From the human T2T-CHM13v2.0 reference genome, Homo sapiens, in NCBI GenBank assembly GCA_009914755.4, contig CP086569.2, forward strand, positions 13,472,001-13,536,000: a DNA stretch of 64,000 nt. The letters are read 5' to 3'. A program made the translations under genes and the position numbers. The notes below the pieces were generated by a model. The model was not told where the DNA came from and ran no database searches. It saw only the letters and a list, made by a program, of their open reading frames with translations. Positions 17,995-32,700 of this stretch are shown piece after piece; the stretch's first letter is position 1; the number at the start of each line of letters is the position of its first letter.

Positions 17995-19587
17995 GTTATA
18001 AAACTTATGTGAAAACACAAAAGACTTAATAGTCAAAAATAGCCAAAGCAAAAAGAATAAAGCAGGAGGCATTGCCTTACCTGACTTCAAATTATACTAC
18101 TTAGCCATAGTAACCAAAATACCATGTTACTGGCATCAAAACAGACACATAGACCAATGGAACAGGATACGGAACCCAAAAACAAATCTACACACCTACA
18201 GTGAACTAGTTTTTGACAAAGATGCCAAGAACATACATTGGAGAAATGACAATCTCTTCAATAAATGGTGCTCGAAAAACTGGATATGCACATGCAGAAG
18301 AAAGAGACTAGACCCCCATCTATTGCCATATATAAAAATCAAATCAAAATGAATTAAAGATTTAAATCTAAGGTCTCAAATCATTAGACTACTACAAAAA
18401 AAATTGGTAAAAATCTCCAGGACATGAGCCTAGGCAAAAATTTCTTTTGCAATACCCCACAAGCATAGGCAACCAAAGCAAAAATGAATAAATGGAATCA
18501 CATCCAGTTAAAAAGCAATGATAGACTGAATAAAGAAAATGTGGTACATATGTACCATGGAATACTAGGCAGCCATAGAAAAGAATGAGATCAAATCCTT
18601 TTCAGGAACATGGATGGAGTTGGAGGCCATTATCCTTAGCAAACTAAAACGGGAACAGAAAACCAAATACAGCATGTACTCACTTATGAGTGGGAGCTAA
18701 ATGATGAGAACACCTGGGCACATAGAGGGGATTGACACACACTAGGGCCTTTTGGATCATGGAGGGTGGGAGGAGGGTGAGAAGCAGGAAAAATAACTAA
18801 TGGGTACTGGGCTTAATACCTGTGTGATGAAATAATCTCTACAACAAACCCCATGAGAGAAATTTACCTGTGTAACAAACTTGTACTTGTAACCCTGAAC
18901 ATAAAATTTAAAGAAATAAAATAATTAAAAATAAAAACCTTCTGCACAGAAAAGGAAACAGTCAACAAAGTGAAGAGACAACCCACAGAATAGAAGAAAA
19001 TATTTGCAAACTACCCATCTGACAAAGCATTAATTACCAGCATATATAAATAGCTCAAACAACTCTATAGGGAAAAAAAAATCTAACAATCTGATAAAAA
19101 AAATGCATAAAAGATTTAAATAGACGTTTCTCAGAGGAAGACATACAAAGGGCAAACAGGCATGTGAAGATGTGCTCAATATCATTGATCACCCAAGAAA
19201 TGTAAATCAAAACCACAATGAGATATCATCCTACCTTAGTTAAAATGGTTTATATACAAAAGACAGGCAGTAATAAATGCTGGTGAGGATGTGGAGAAAG
19301 GGAACCCTCATATAAGTTGGAGCTAATGTAAAATGCAAATTAGTACAACCACTATGGAGAACAGTTGGAGGGTCCTCAAAAAAAAAATAAAAATAAAAAT
19401 AAAAACTGAAACTTGAGATACCATATGACTCAGAGTCCTACTGCTGAGTATATACCCAAAAGAATGGAAATTCATATATTGAAGAGATATCTACACTCCT
19501 GTTTGTTTTAGCATTGTTTACAATAGATAAGATTTGCAAGCAACCTAAGTGTCCATCAGCAGATGAATGGATAAAGAAAATGTAGTG
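17995..19587 (+). mobile_element. ancient L1 ORF2 C-terminal part / 3' region (same old element as 16150-17346), carrying a nested insertion
   Basis: Translations ...[13 protein letters not shown]..., [30 protein letters not shown]-type motifs ...[13 protein letters not shown]... and [18 protein letters not shown]. Confidence 0.7.
18510..18935 (+). mobile_element. nested 5'-truncated L1PA 3'-end fragment (ORF2 C-terminus plus 3' UTR)
   Basis: [43 protein letters not shown], followed by a typical L1PA 3' UTR (...cctgtgtaacaaacttgtacttgtaaccctgaacataaaatttaaag...). Confidence 0.6.
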
Positions 19588-19867
19588 GCTGGCCATGGTG
19601 GCTCACACCTGTAATCCCAGCACTTTGGGAGGCCGAGGCAGGGGGATCACGAGGTCAGGAGTTCGAGACCAGGCTGGCCAATATGGTGTCACCCCGTATC
19701 TACTAAAAAATACAAAAATTAGCCAGGTGTGGTGGTGAGCACCTGTAGTCCCAGCTACTGGGGAGGCTGAGGCAAGAGAATCGCTTGAACCAGGGAGGCA
19801 GACTGTTGCAGTGAGCTGAGATCATGCCACTGCACTCCAGCCTGGGCAACAGAGTGAGACTTTGTCT

Positions 19868-19899
<32 letters not shown>
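19588..19899 (+). mobile_element. Alu with long poly(A)
   Basis: GGCTGGCCATGGTGGCTCACACCTGTAATCCCAGCACTTTGGGAGGCCGAGGCAGG... with a 30+ A tail. Confidence 0.9.
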
Positions 19900-20117
19900 A
19901 GAAAGAAAAGAAAATGTGGTACATATACACAATGAAGTACTATTCAGCCATAAAAAAAAATAAGATCCAGTCATTTGCAACAAGATAAATAGAACGGGAC
20001 ATCATGTTAAGTGAAATGAACCAGGCACAGAATAACAAACATCACATGTTCTCACTAATTACTGGGATCTGAAAAATCATAACAATTGAGCACATGAACA
20101 TAGAGAATAGAAGGATT

Positions 20118-20410
20118 GGGCCAGTCATGGTGGCTCACACCTGTAATCCCAGTACTTTGGGAGGCCAAGGAAGTCAGATTGCTCAAGTCCAGGACTTTGA
20201 GACCAGCCTGAGCAACATAGTGAAATGCCATCTCTACTAAACATACAAAAATGAGCCAAGCATGGTGGTGCACACCTGCAGTCCCAGCTACTTTGCAGGC
20301 TGAGGTGAAAGAATCATCTGAGCCTCCAGAGGTCGTAGCTGCAGTGAGCCAAGATCACACCATTTCACTCCACCCTTGGCGACATAATGAGACCCTGATT
20401 CAAAAAGGAA
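20118..20410 (+). mobile_element. Alu
   Basis: GGGCCAGTCATGGTGGCTCACACCTGTAATCCCAGTACTTTGGGAGGCCAAGG.... Confidence 0.9.
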
Positions 20411-20625
20411 ACGGAGAGAGAGGAGAGAGAGAGAGTAGGCAGATGGTTGCCAGAGGCTGGGAAAGGTAGTGGGAGTCTCAGCAGGGAGATGGAGGTGATT
20501 AATCAGTACCAAAAAAAATAGTTAAAAAAAATTAATAACATCTAGTATTTGATAGCAGAACCAGATGACTATAATCAATAATAACATAATTATATATTTT
20601 TAAATAACTTAAAGAGTATAATTGG

Positions 20626-20916
20626 GGCTGGGAATGGTGGTTCATGCCTATAATCCCAGGACTTTGGGAGTCCAAGGTGGCCAGATCACCTGAGGTCAGG
20701 AGTTCAGGACCAGCCTGGCCAACATGGTGAAACCCTGTCTCTACTAAAAAATACAAAATTAGCCAGGCATGGTGGTGGGCACCTGTAATCCCAGCTACTC
20801 AGGAGGCTGAGACAGGAGAATTGCTTGAACCTGGGAGGTGGAGGTTGCGGTGAGCCAGGATAGCACCATTGTAATCCAGCCTGGGCGACAAGAGTGAAAC
20901 TCCATCTCTAAAAAAG
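20626..20916 (+). mobile_element. Alu
   Basis: GGCTGGGAATGGTGGTTCATGCCTATAATCCCAGGACTTTGGGAG.... Confidence 0.9.
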
Positions 20917-21974
20917 AAGAGTAAAATTTGATTGTTTGTAACACCAAAGATAAATGCTTAGGGAATGGACACCTCCTACTCCATGATGTGCTTATTTAAC
21001 ATTGCATGCCCCTATCAAAACATCTTATATACCCCATAAATAGATACCTCTACTATACACCCACAAAAACTAAATAAAAATAAATAAATATATTGATTTC
21101 TGTATTTGGGTAATACATACTGTATGATAAATAGACAATAAATATAATGATAAAATGAGACAATTTCATTAATTCACATCAATTATAAAGACTCTAAGAT
21201 ATTTGCACACAGAACCTTAAAAAATTAATTGTCAAATACCTTGATAGAAATCACCACATAACAGGTGTGAAAGAGCATTAGGTGCTATGGTTATTGTGTC
21301 TCAAAATAGTGTCTTTATTTTATACTTTCAAAAAATTTGCAAAAACTTGGTCTTTGGAATACAACTTTTAATTGTTAAAGCTATAGAGGTTTCACATGTG
21401 TATAATTTGCTTCATACAATGCTTATTTCAAAGTGTTATATATAGGAGCTGAATATGTTTTTAGTAACAGTGGTACTCAGGATACATAAACTAGTTTCAG
21501 TTATTCTGAGTATGCTATGATTGTCAGCTATCTGGATATTAGACAGCGTAGGTAACAATTTCAAATTATTGTTCAGTGAGCAATATAAATGGACACAAAG
21601 TCTGACATAGGAAAAAAATGGAAATACTATTTTGACAGTTACCTGTCAACCTACTTCTTTAATTGCAAATAAAATATGAGATTACATCAAAAGAAAACAC
21701 ATGTTAATTTACTTCACATATGATGCTTTTTAAAGTTCACTGGAGTCTTAAAAGTATGTAGTAATATATACATATGCTCCATTTACCTGCAGTAAACCAA
21801 GAAGTAAGGGGGGGGCCATGACACTTTTCTACTTACACCCTGATTGTTTTGTTTCATTGTGATAAACCAGAATTTCATAAATCCAGGGTACCTTTGTCTA
21901 CTACAGTAAGCTGTGAATCTTTTATAATAAACTACAACATACTTTTTTTTTTAGGAAACTGTACCTGGCTGTTA

Positions 21975-22412
<438 letters not shown>

Positions 22413-23059
22413 TCATTTATTAATTATGTTAGAATAGATTTTGTAGATTTTTGAATTAATCATTTGTGTTTAAATTGAAATTAAGTTGATATATTTAAAT
22501 AATAAAAAATTCCATTAGATTTGTAACTAGTAGTCCAATAATTCAGAATAATTAAGAGTAACAAATTTTATTCTTTTTCAGTGATCCATCAGGACTAAAA
22601 TGTATAGGGGGAAAAAGGTATTTTTGTTATTTGCAAACACTATCATTTAACACCTAGTTCACAGTCATAGATTATCCCCCTGTTTCTGAATAGGTTATTT
22701 GGCAATGTATGGAGGCATTTTTAGCTGTCACAACTGTAGGGAAGGAATGGATAGTAGTGGTAACAGCTCCTGGTGAGCAGAGGTCAGAGGTGCTGCTAAG
22801 CCTCCTACAATGTACAGGACAGTTAACCAAAGCAGCAGAACAAAATGTATCCAGCCCCAAATAACAAAAATGCCTAGTTTTGGAAGACTTGTGTTAACCT
22901 AACAGTGGCACTTTGCATTAGAGGCTTTTGCATAGAGGCTTTTGGGTAGTGGATCGCGTATTTCTTCCCAGTTTCCAAATATTAGAAATCATAGCTTAGT
23001 GTACTAATAACTTAGATTAATAAAAATAAAGTTTATTGATAAACTTTAGCTCAATTAAC

Positions 23060-23890
23060 CTAGTTTATATAAATAATACTTGGTATTGATACTGATAGAA
23101 ATGTGAGGCAGCCAAGGGCCCCCCACAGCCTTCTCCCTGGTGAAACCCTGCCTTCAAACCTAAAACAGCCTGAAAACTGAAAAATCGGACTGCTGATCTG
23201 GGAGAATCTCCAACTAGCCTGTGCACTGGGAGAATGGAGTGGAGCCACCGAAGTTCCCTTCATTTGCAGAAGGGAGGAGCCCAGCCTTTGGAGTTCCTGT
23301 GTGATAGGGCAGGAGCCAATTAACAGGCTTCCCTCTCACACTGCTGACAATTTTTCTCCTTTTCCTTTTTTTGCCCAATAAATTCTGTTTTTCTCTCCAT
23401 TCTGTGTGTCCACAAGCCTAATTTTTCTTGGATGTGTGACAAGAACCTGGATTTTAGCTGAACTGAGGAGAAAGTCCTACAACAATATCTTTCAAGGCAA
23501 ATTCTTATTGTTAACATATATAACTAAGTAAGAAATATTTGTTGTTGTGAGAGAAACCACATAGGTATATGTGCGGTGTGAACCTGCAAAATTTGAGACA
23601 GGTCTCAGTTAATTTAGAAGGTTTATGTTGCCAAGGTTGAGAATGTGTGCCTGTGACACAGCCTAGGAAGTCCTGATGACATATGTGCAAGGTGGTTGGG
23701 GCACAGCTTGGTTTTATGCATTTTAGGGAGACATAAGACATCAATATATGTAAAAGTATGTAGGTTCTGATCAGAACGGCAGGGCAACTCGAACCAGAGA
23801 GGGGGCTTCCAGGTCTTAAATAAGTAAGAGACAAATGTTTGCATTATTTTGAGTTTCTGATTGGCCTTTCCAAAGAAGGCAATCAGAATA
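23060..23890. repeat. unclassified LTR-like interspersed repeat (very uncertain)
   Basis: Contains CAATAAA followed by ...ctgtgtgtccacaag, which is LTR R/U5-like. Its 3' side is homologous to 26423-26555. Confidence 0.2.
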
Positions 23891-23900
23891 TGCATCTATT

Positions 23901-24210
<310 letters not shown>

Positions 24211-24295
24211 CTATCTCAGTGAGCAGAGGAATAACTTTAAATAGAATGGGAAGCAGGTTGCCCCCAAGCAGTTCCCAGAGTTACTATTTTCTTAG

Positions 24296-24945
<650 letters not shown>

Positions 24946-26814
24946 TTCCTTTTCTTTTTAAAAATATTTTGGAGAAAACATTTCAGAAAAAAATGAGTCT
25001 CCGTCTCAGTTTTCATATGATCTGTCATGGATAGGATGGTTTATTACTAGACAGATCCTGAAAGCTAATTTTTAGCAGGTTGTCAAGTCTCCTTTCCTAT
25101 GAAGAGAAAATAGGTGGAAGAAGAGAGAAAAACAACAACAAACAAAAGAACAATACTGGAAAATTGTTACAGTCTATATTCTTCTGAAATTCATACATCA
25201 GTAGGCAGGTATGAACGTGGCTTATGTATGTAAATAGGTTGTTGTTATTTTCATGTGAAGTTTAAGTTGTGTGGCTTCAGTTTGCAGGGCTTTAAGAAAG
25301 CACAGCTTAGTTTTCCATGACCCCAAATTAGGAAAAATGGGGGAGGGTAATGAGAAAAAACCTTGGAAAAATTATTTTGAAGACTTGTAGCCAAGAAAAA
25401 AATAGAATTCAGCCCAAACTGTAGAAAATAATAAAAGTTGAATAAAACATTAGGCAAGACTAGAATCTAATAACGGGTTTACTCTAGTTTTTGAAACATA
25501 TTTTTTTCTCTATCCAGTTTCCAATTTTTACTAGAGACAAATCATGGTAGGATCAATTTGCTTTATTTTACTTGGCCAGATTATTTGTATAAACTACAGC
25601 AAAAGTAAGTATTTTTCACATAGGCTTTTTTAAAAATTGGCTATAATGTGACTTTCTCCATAGAAGGAATCTCAGATGAGACTTTTATAAAGCCCAGCCC
25701 ATCCCTGGCTTTGTACAATCAAATACCTATGAGCTCGGTGAATTTCCTCTCCTCTTTTGGGTCCAAAATTAACTTGGAGCTTCTGTCCCTGTCAGAAAGT
25801 GACATTCTTTACTTACCACAGGTCAGGAAGCCTGTATGGGGACTCTGTACACAAAATATGTAACCACTTTTTCCAAGGACTTTATTGGCTCTGTAAATCA
25901 AGTTTGATTCCTTAAAAGAAGAATATCATTCCAGTCAATGCTGTGGTAAAATAACCAGTTTCTCCAATAGATTGTTACTGTGCTTATGCAAATAGCTATA
26001 TTGCTATAAGTTAAGAATACTCACAAATACTTTCCAAATTCTGGAGAAATCAGGTCAAGAGAAACAAATATGCTCCACATTTTATTCATATGTATTTATT
26101 AAATTATTAAAAGCTGACAATAGCACAAAAGAAAAATTTCAAGACTGAAAAACAAGGGATCAGCAATGTTTTAAGCAAAAAGTCAAGAAGTTCATATTCA
26201 TATTCAGTTCATGCAGTTATTCCTATTCTGCTTGATATTCCGGAACATTTAAATTCTCCATGAGTCCTGAAAGTTTTTCCTCTATTCTGATGTCACAATC
26301 TCCAAAGTTATCAGAAACCTGAATTCAAGAGCATCTGTTAGAGTTTATAGCTGATTATAAAACCACCTTCTAAAGAGGATCAAAATAAAACAACAGTTGT
26401 TTGTAAATCACAAAAAGTTTTAGGCAATCAGATATGCATCTATCTCAGTGAGCAGAGGGGTGACTTTGAATAGAATGAGAGGCAAGTTTTTCCTGAGCAG
26501 TTCCCAGCTTGACTTTTCACTTTAGCTTAGTAATTTTGGGGTCCTATGATTTTCCTTTTATACTATTAAGGTTTCTGTTTATCTACCTCGGTCACAATAA
26601 GCAGATTCAGTATTGACTACTGTGTAGAAGCTTCTTGTCTTAGGAATGTAGTCTACCTTGTAGAGTTGTCAGTTTAGACACTTCATTGCTTATATTGAAA
26701 AGAAAAATGCAAAGAATTTCCTTTTACTGTTTATACCACTTCCACAAAAAAGAGTTACTTCTGTTAATCTTCCTAGAATGAGAAAGCAAGTAGAAGTTCA
26801 ATACCTAGATAATG

Positions 26815-27105
26815 TTGTTGTTGTCATTGAAATAAAGTCTCACTCTGTCACCTAAGGCTGGAGTGTAGTGTCACAGTTTCAACTCACAGCAGCCTTGACT
26901 TCCCAGGCACAACTTATCCCACCTCAGCCTCTCAAGTAGCTGGGATTGCAGGTGTGCACCCCTACACCTGGCTAACTTTTGTATTTTTTGTAGACAGGGT
27001 CTCTATGTTTCCCAGGCTTATCTCAAACCCCTGGGCTCAGGTAATCCCCATGACTTGGTCTCCCACAGAGCTGGAATTACAGGCAGGAGCCACTGTGCCC
27101 AGCCA
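26815..27105 (-). mobile_element. older, more diverged Alu (AluJ-like)
   Basis: aagtctcactctgtcacctaaggctggagtgtagtg...gctggaattacaggcaggagccactgtgcccagcc. Confidence 0.75.
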
Positions 27106-27249
27106 AAAGCCTAAAAAAATTTCCTGAAGAAGTTTGTCACTTAATCAACCCAAAGGATGCTAGATACTGTTTCTATTTGTATCTAATATCCTATTTATAA
27201 TTGTTTCTAGTATCCTATAGCTTAAGTGACAAACTTCAGGAAAATTCTA

Positions 27250-28790
27250 TTATATATAATGTATACCTGGTATATTATATAATATAAAACATAATTATAT
27301 AATATTATATAATTATACAATATATAATATAATTATAATATATAAATATATAACATAGCTGGTATATCATATATAATGGGTAATATATAAGATAACATGT
27401 ATTATATATCACTTATGTATATAATATATGTTATATGTAATGTCATATATAACAATTGTTATACTATATTATGTAATATATAAAATATACAACATATATA
27501 ATTATATAACATAATACATGTTACATATGTTATATATAATATAATTATATATAATATATATGTATATATAACATTTAAATACAATAATATATTATATAAT
27601 TATATAATATTTTATATATTTATATAAAATACATAAAATATATAAAATAAAATATATAAAATATAATAATATATCATATATTATAATATATATTTATATA
27701 TTACTTATATATTATATATTATAATATATATTTATATATTATAATATATATTTATTACTTATATAATATATTATATATTATAATATATATTACTTATATA
27801 ATATATTATATATATTATATAAATATATAAATATATATATAATATATTGTGTAAATATATAAATATATATAATATATTGTATATTATATAAATATAAATA
27901 TATAAGAATATATTATATATTATATATATTACATTATATATAATATATTACATATTATATAATATATTATATTATTATAATTATATATAATAATTATATA
28001 TAATTATATATTATATATTTTATTATTATAATTATATATATAATATATTATATTATATATAATATAATATGTAACATATAACATATATTATATTATATTG
28101 TATACATTATATGTATACAATATACCTGGTATATTATATAAATATATGTTTATATATTGTTATATATTATATTATATTATATATTACATATAAATATATA
28201 ATATGTATTTATACATTATGTTATATATCATACTATATAACAAATAACATATGAATATATATTTATATGCCAGGTATATATTACATGCCTATTATAAGTT
28301 TATAATTTATGATTTTTTGTATATAATTATATATAATATATAATTATTTTATATAACATATATAATAATTATATATTATATATAATTATATATATCATAT
28401 ATATTATATATATTATTTATTATATATAATTATTATATATAACATATATAATTATGTATAATATAATATAATATATGTTATATATAATATGCTATATATA
28501 ATATAATATGTTATATATAATATGCTATATATAATATAATATATGTTATATAATATGCCATATAAAATATAATTACATATGTTATATATGATATATAACA
28601 TATTTTATAATGTATAATATATACCTGGTATATTATATAAACCAGGTATATAATATATTACCAAGTGTATGTTATATATTATAGAATAATAACAGGTTTA
28701 TGTAACAGATTTATATAATATACCAGGTATATATTGCATACCTATTATAAGCTTATAATTTATGATTTTTTGTATATTAAAATTTACTAC
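27250..28790. repeat. about 1.5-kb TA-rich low-complexity / microsatellite-like region with internal duplications
   Basis: Direct reading shows tatataatatat-type units. Recurring islands such as tacctggtatattatataa appear at about 27254, 28116 and 28620. Confidence 0.85.
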
Positions 28791-29407
28791 TAAAATAGGC
28801 TATTTATATTAAGATGACAATTAAAAAATTATCACACCTTATTTACAATCAAGTTTCAATTAATGTCATCATTACTATAACTGATTTTTCTTCTTTCCTC
28901 ATTACATTCTCAGGCTTGCCTAATACAAATCTCTTTTATTTCTATCTTGTTTCTCTTTTGATGATAATTTACACTCAGATTTTATCCCCTTCATAGAAAC
29001 TAGTTTTTGATTGTGATAAAACACAACACAACAGAAAATTTACAGTTCTAACTACTTTAGGTGTAAATTCAGTGGCATTAAGTACATTCACATTGGCAAC
29101 CATCATCACCATCGGTCTCCAGAACATTTTCACCTTTCCAAACTAGAAATTTAAACCAATTAGGCAATGCTTTCCTATCCCTTCTTATGCCCCTATCTGG
29201 CAACAAATATTCCACTTCCTGTCTGTGTGAATTTGATTACTTACATGAGTGGAATCACACAATATTTTTTATTTGGTGACTGGCTTGTTTCATTTAATGT
29301 ATTGACTTTGACACTCATTCATTTTGTAGCATGTGTCATAATTTTCTTATAAGACTATTCCATTGTGTGCATAAGCCATGTATTACTTTTATTTGTTGAT
29401 AGATATG

Positions 29408-29706
29408 AAAGGTTAGCCGGGAGAAAGAATGAACGGACCCAAAGTCAGGCAAGCAAGTTTTATTAACCTGCCGGTCTGCTCCACAGTAAACAGAGGAGGC
29501 AGCCCTGAGTTGACACACTAAGGGGGGCTTTATGGGGTTTGACTGTGGGGGCTGGCATGGCATACATTCTGAGTAAAACCACATCCTGGAGTTGTTTTGC
29601 TAAATTCTAACAGTGCTGCATTATTTGTAGCTCAGGTTACATAACACCTAAAGGAAATCGGGAGTGGGGATCCTTGCAGAAACAGGTGGCTAAGTTTCAC
29701 CTAACA
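29408..29706 (-). mobile_element. 3' LTR of class I ERV number 2 (HERV-F-like)
   Basis: About 300 bp that is directly repeated at 34669-34985 in the same orientation. Both copies end ...ggctaagtttcacctaaca. Confidence 0.7.
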
Positions 29707-32700
29707 TTCCTTTTATTAATTTTAGGAAAAAGGAGCTTTGTGGTCATCAGGCTACCTCTTACTGAATGGGGATGAAGGTTGGGTATGGCTACTTATACAG
29801 TTTCTATCATTTTTGGAGGAGCATTATGTCCTGTAAGGTGCTGTGTATGAAGGCTTTGATCCAGTCCTGCAAGAGCTGGATTAGGAGGCATAAAAGACAG
29901 GGTCCGAAAGCTAGCAGGAGAAACAGCCCTATTGTGGGGCCAAGAAGAGGCAATAGCCAGGGTGCCCAGGAGTATTGTAGCCATTGAAGCCAGTTAGAAT
30001 GGTTATTTTGGAGTTTTTGAGCTTGGTCTTTGAGTTTTTTGACAGCATTTTGAACTACCCCAGACTTACTGAGGTAGAAACAACACTGTTCATCGAGAAA
30101 GAGACATACCTCTTTTTTCAGGTGTGAGGAGATCTAGCCTCTGGGGTTCTATAGGGTTACTGCAGCCAGGGAATCTAAATAGTTTTGTAAATGAGTGATG
30201 GAATTAGCAATTTTTTTCTAGAGTGGATTGGAGATCTTAAGAAAGTGTCCGAAAGTATGACAATGATGTTCCTAGGATTCCTGCTCTTAACCTGACCGTA
30301 GCTGTAGCTCCAAGTGCAGCTAATAAGGGAATGGACTGTATTGCTTTTTTGGGGCCGGCATGAAGCATGGCAGGGACAGGGAGGTCTTGGTCTGGGGGAA
30401 CAATGTTAATGGTGGGGGTAAATTAGGGTGCAAGTACCTGTCCAATTGGTAGGGAGACAAAAGTAGGTTGTAGATCCAAAGAAGAAGAAGACGCCTGAGA
30501 TGTTAATATAAACAGATGAGTGGATTGAGAATAGGTGTTGGAGTGTGTAAGTTCCTTATTTGGAGGGGCTTGGTTCAGCTTTGGCAATGGACTTGGAAGA
30601 GGAGTCGTTAATAGGAGAGATATTAGGGAAATGAAGTTGCAGGTGATTAAGGATATTGGTACAGGAGTTGGTGGGAGGCGAGGAAGATACTGGGAGTAGA
30701 TGCAGGGTTGAGGGGAGTGCTTTTGGAAAGGTAGAACTCAGGGTTTTTAAGAAACAGAGCATGGAGTAGTTGGATATAGGATGGAGAAAGGACACTGAGC
30801 ACTTTGCAAGAGAGTATGTCTTGTAGGTTATGTGGGCTGTGGATGGTGGTGTGTTGACCAAATGTTACGTTGTTTTGCTTTTTAATGCCAGGGTGGTGGC
30901 TGCCGCTAGGGCTCTGAGGCAAGTTGGCCATCTTTTGGTGGTACACTCTAGTTGTTTAGAAAGATAGGCTACAGGAGCAAAGGAAGGAAGATTTCCCTTT
31001 TGTTGGCCAAGAACACTGAGGGCTATTTCTTGGCGTTTGGCTGTAATAGATAATGAAGGGCTGATGGAATTGCTAATTCCATCACTCATTTACAAAACCA
31101 TTTAGATTCCCTGGCTGCAGTAACCCTACAGAACCCCAGAGGCTAGACCTCATCACACCTGAGAAATGTTTGGCAGAGATAGAGTAGGGGTGGTTACAAG
31201 AGTAGCTTTATGTTTGTGGAAGCTAGGGATTATGTTGTGGGAAGGATTTGGAGGCTCATTTAAAGGGCCTTTGGCTGCTTGATAAAGGGGTGGGCTAACA
31301 GGGCAAAGTTGGGAATTTATATTTTGAAGAAGCCTGCTAACCCCCAAAAGGAAAGGATTTTATTTTTAGAGGCGGATAGAGGCAGGCTATCTATTAAGGC
31401 TGCCCACGCTGGGGTCATGGCTTGGGCCCTGGGTGAAAGTTGGATTCCTAAATATGTTACTGTTGGGGAGGAGAGTTGTGCTTTGGAAGGAGAAACCTTA
31501 TATCCTTTATTAGCAAGAAAACTTAGTAGAATGAGATAGTGTGATTCTGAGTTTTCTTTGGGGAAGGACTACAGAGAAGGAGGTCATTTACATAGTGAAG
31601 GAGCTGACTAGGGGAGAGGTTTAGGGAGGTGAGGTTTTGAGCTACAGCTTATCTAAAGAAAGGAGGATTGTCTCTAAAGCCTTGAGGAAGGACTGTCTAA
31701 GTAAGTTGTTGTGACGAGGGTTTTAGGGTCAGGCCAGGTGAAGGCAAAGAGATCTTGGGAGTCAAGGTGAAGGGGAATGGTAAAGAAGGCATTTTTTAGA
31801 TCAATTGTAATGTAGTGGGTTGTGTTGGGAGCAACAAGGGAAAGAAGTGTGTAGAGATTAGGAACTACTGGATGGATGGTTAGGACTGCCTGATTAATAG
31901 ATTGGAGGTCTTGGACTAGTTGATAACAGCCATCTGTCTTTTTGACAGGGAGTATGAGAGTATTACATGGAAAATGGGTTGGTTTGAGGAGGCTGCACAA
32001 GAGGAGTTTGCTTATGATGGGTTGTAGGCCCCTCTGATGAATCAGTGAGATAGGATATTGAGGGACATTGAGAAAGTTAGAAGGGTCATTTAAGTGGATT
32101 TTAATGGGGTCATGGTAAGCAGCTAGGGCAGTGTGCTACACTACTGGGATAATGAGAGAGGTGGAAAGTGGGTGCTGGGGAGAGGGGTCAGGGGCCGGAC
32201 TAATGGAGAGGAGCAGGAGGGACTCTGGTTGAGGGAGCCAGGAAAATGAGATAGAAGCCTTGAATTTGGCTAAAAGGTCTCAGTCTAGAATGGGGGTAGG
32301 ACAATGAGGCATGATAAGGAAAGAGTGAGAAAAAACAATATTAAATAAGGAAAAAGCAAGAAGTCTAGTGGCACGTGTACATGAGAGGAGTCCATTAACT
32401 CCCACAACTGAGACCTGAGAGGGATGAGTTGGTCCCGAAAATTCAGGCAAAGCCAGGTAGGTGGCCTCGGTATTGATTTAAAAAAAAGATTGGCTTACCT
32501 GCTACTAGTAGAGTTACCCTGGGCTCCAATGCAGTGATAGCAGATGGGGCTGAAGGCCCTGGGCCTCATCAACCATCAGCAGCTAGGCCAAGGAGCTGTG
32601 GGAGTGCAAGCAATTCATTGTCATTTTTCTTGCCGAAGGCAGGGTATCTTGGGGTGCCGGCTTTTTTTCTTTCTGTAGGGAGGACAGTCAGACTTCCAGT

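Larger units (their letters stand above)
19900..21085 (+). mobile_element. 3' terminal region of the ancient L1, split by two Alu insertions
   Basis: L1 3'-end-like pieces at 19900-20117, 20437-20625 and 20917-21085 lie between the Alus. Confidence 0.5.

Noticed and set aside
27250-28790. Long periodic TA-rich tract considered as a possible tandem gene array or CRISPR-like structure.
   Set aside because: Pure low-complexity (TA)n-like sequence. No conserved repeat/spacer architecture and no ORFs.
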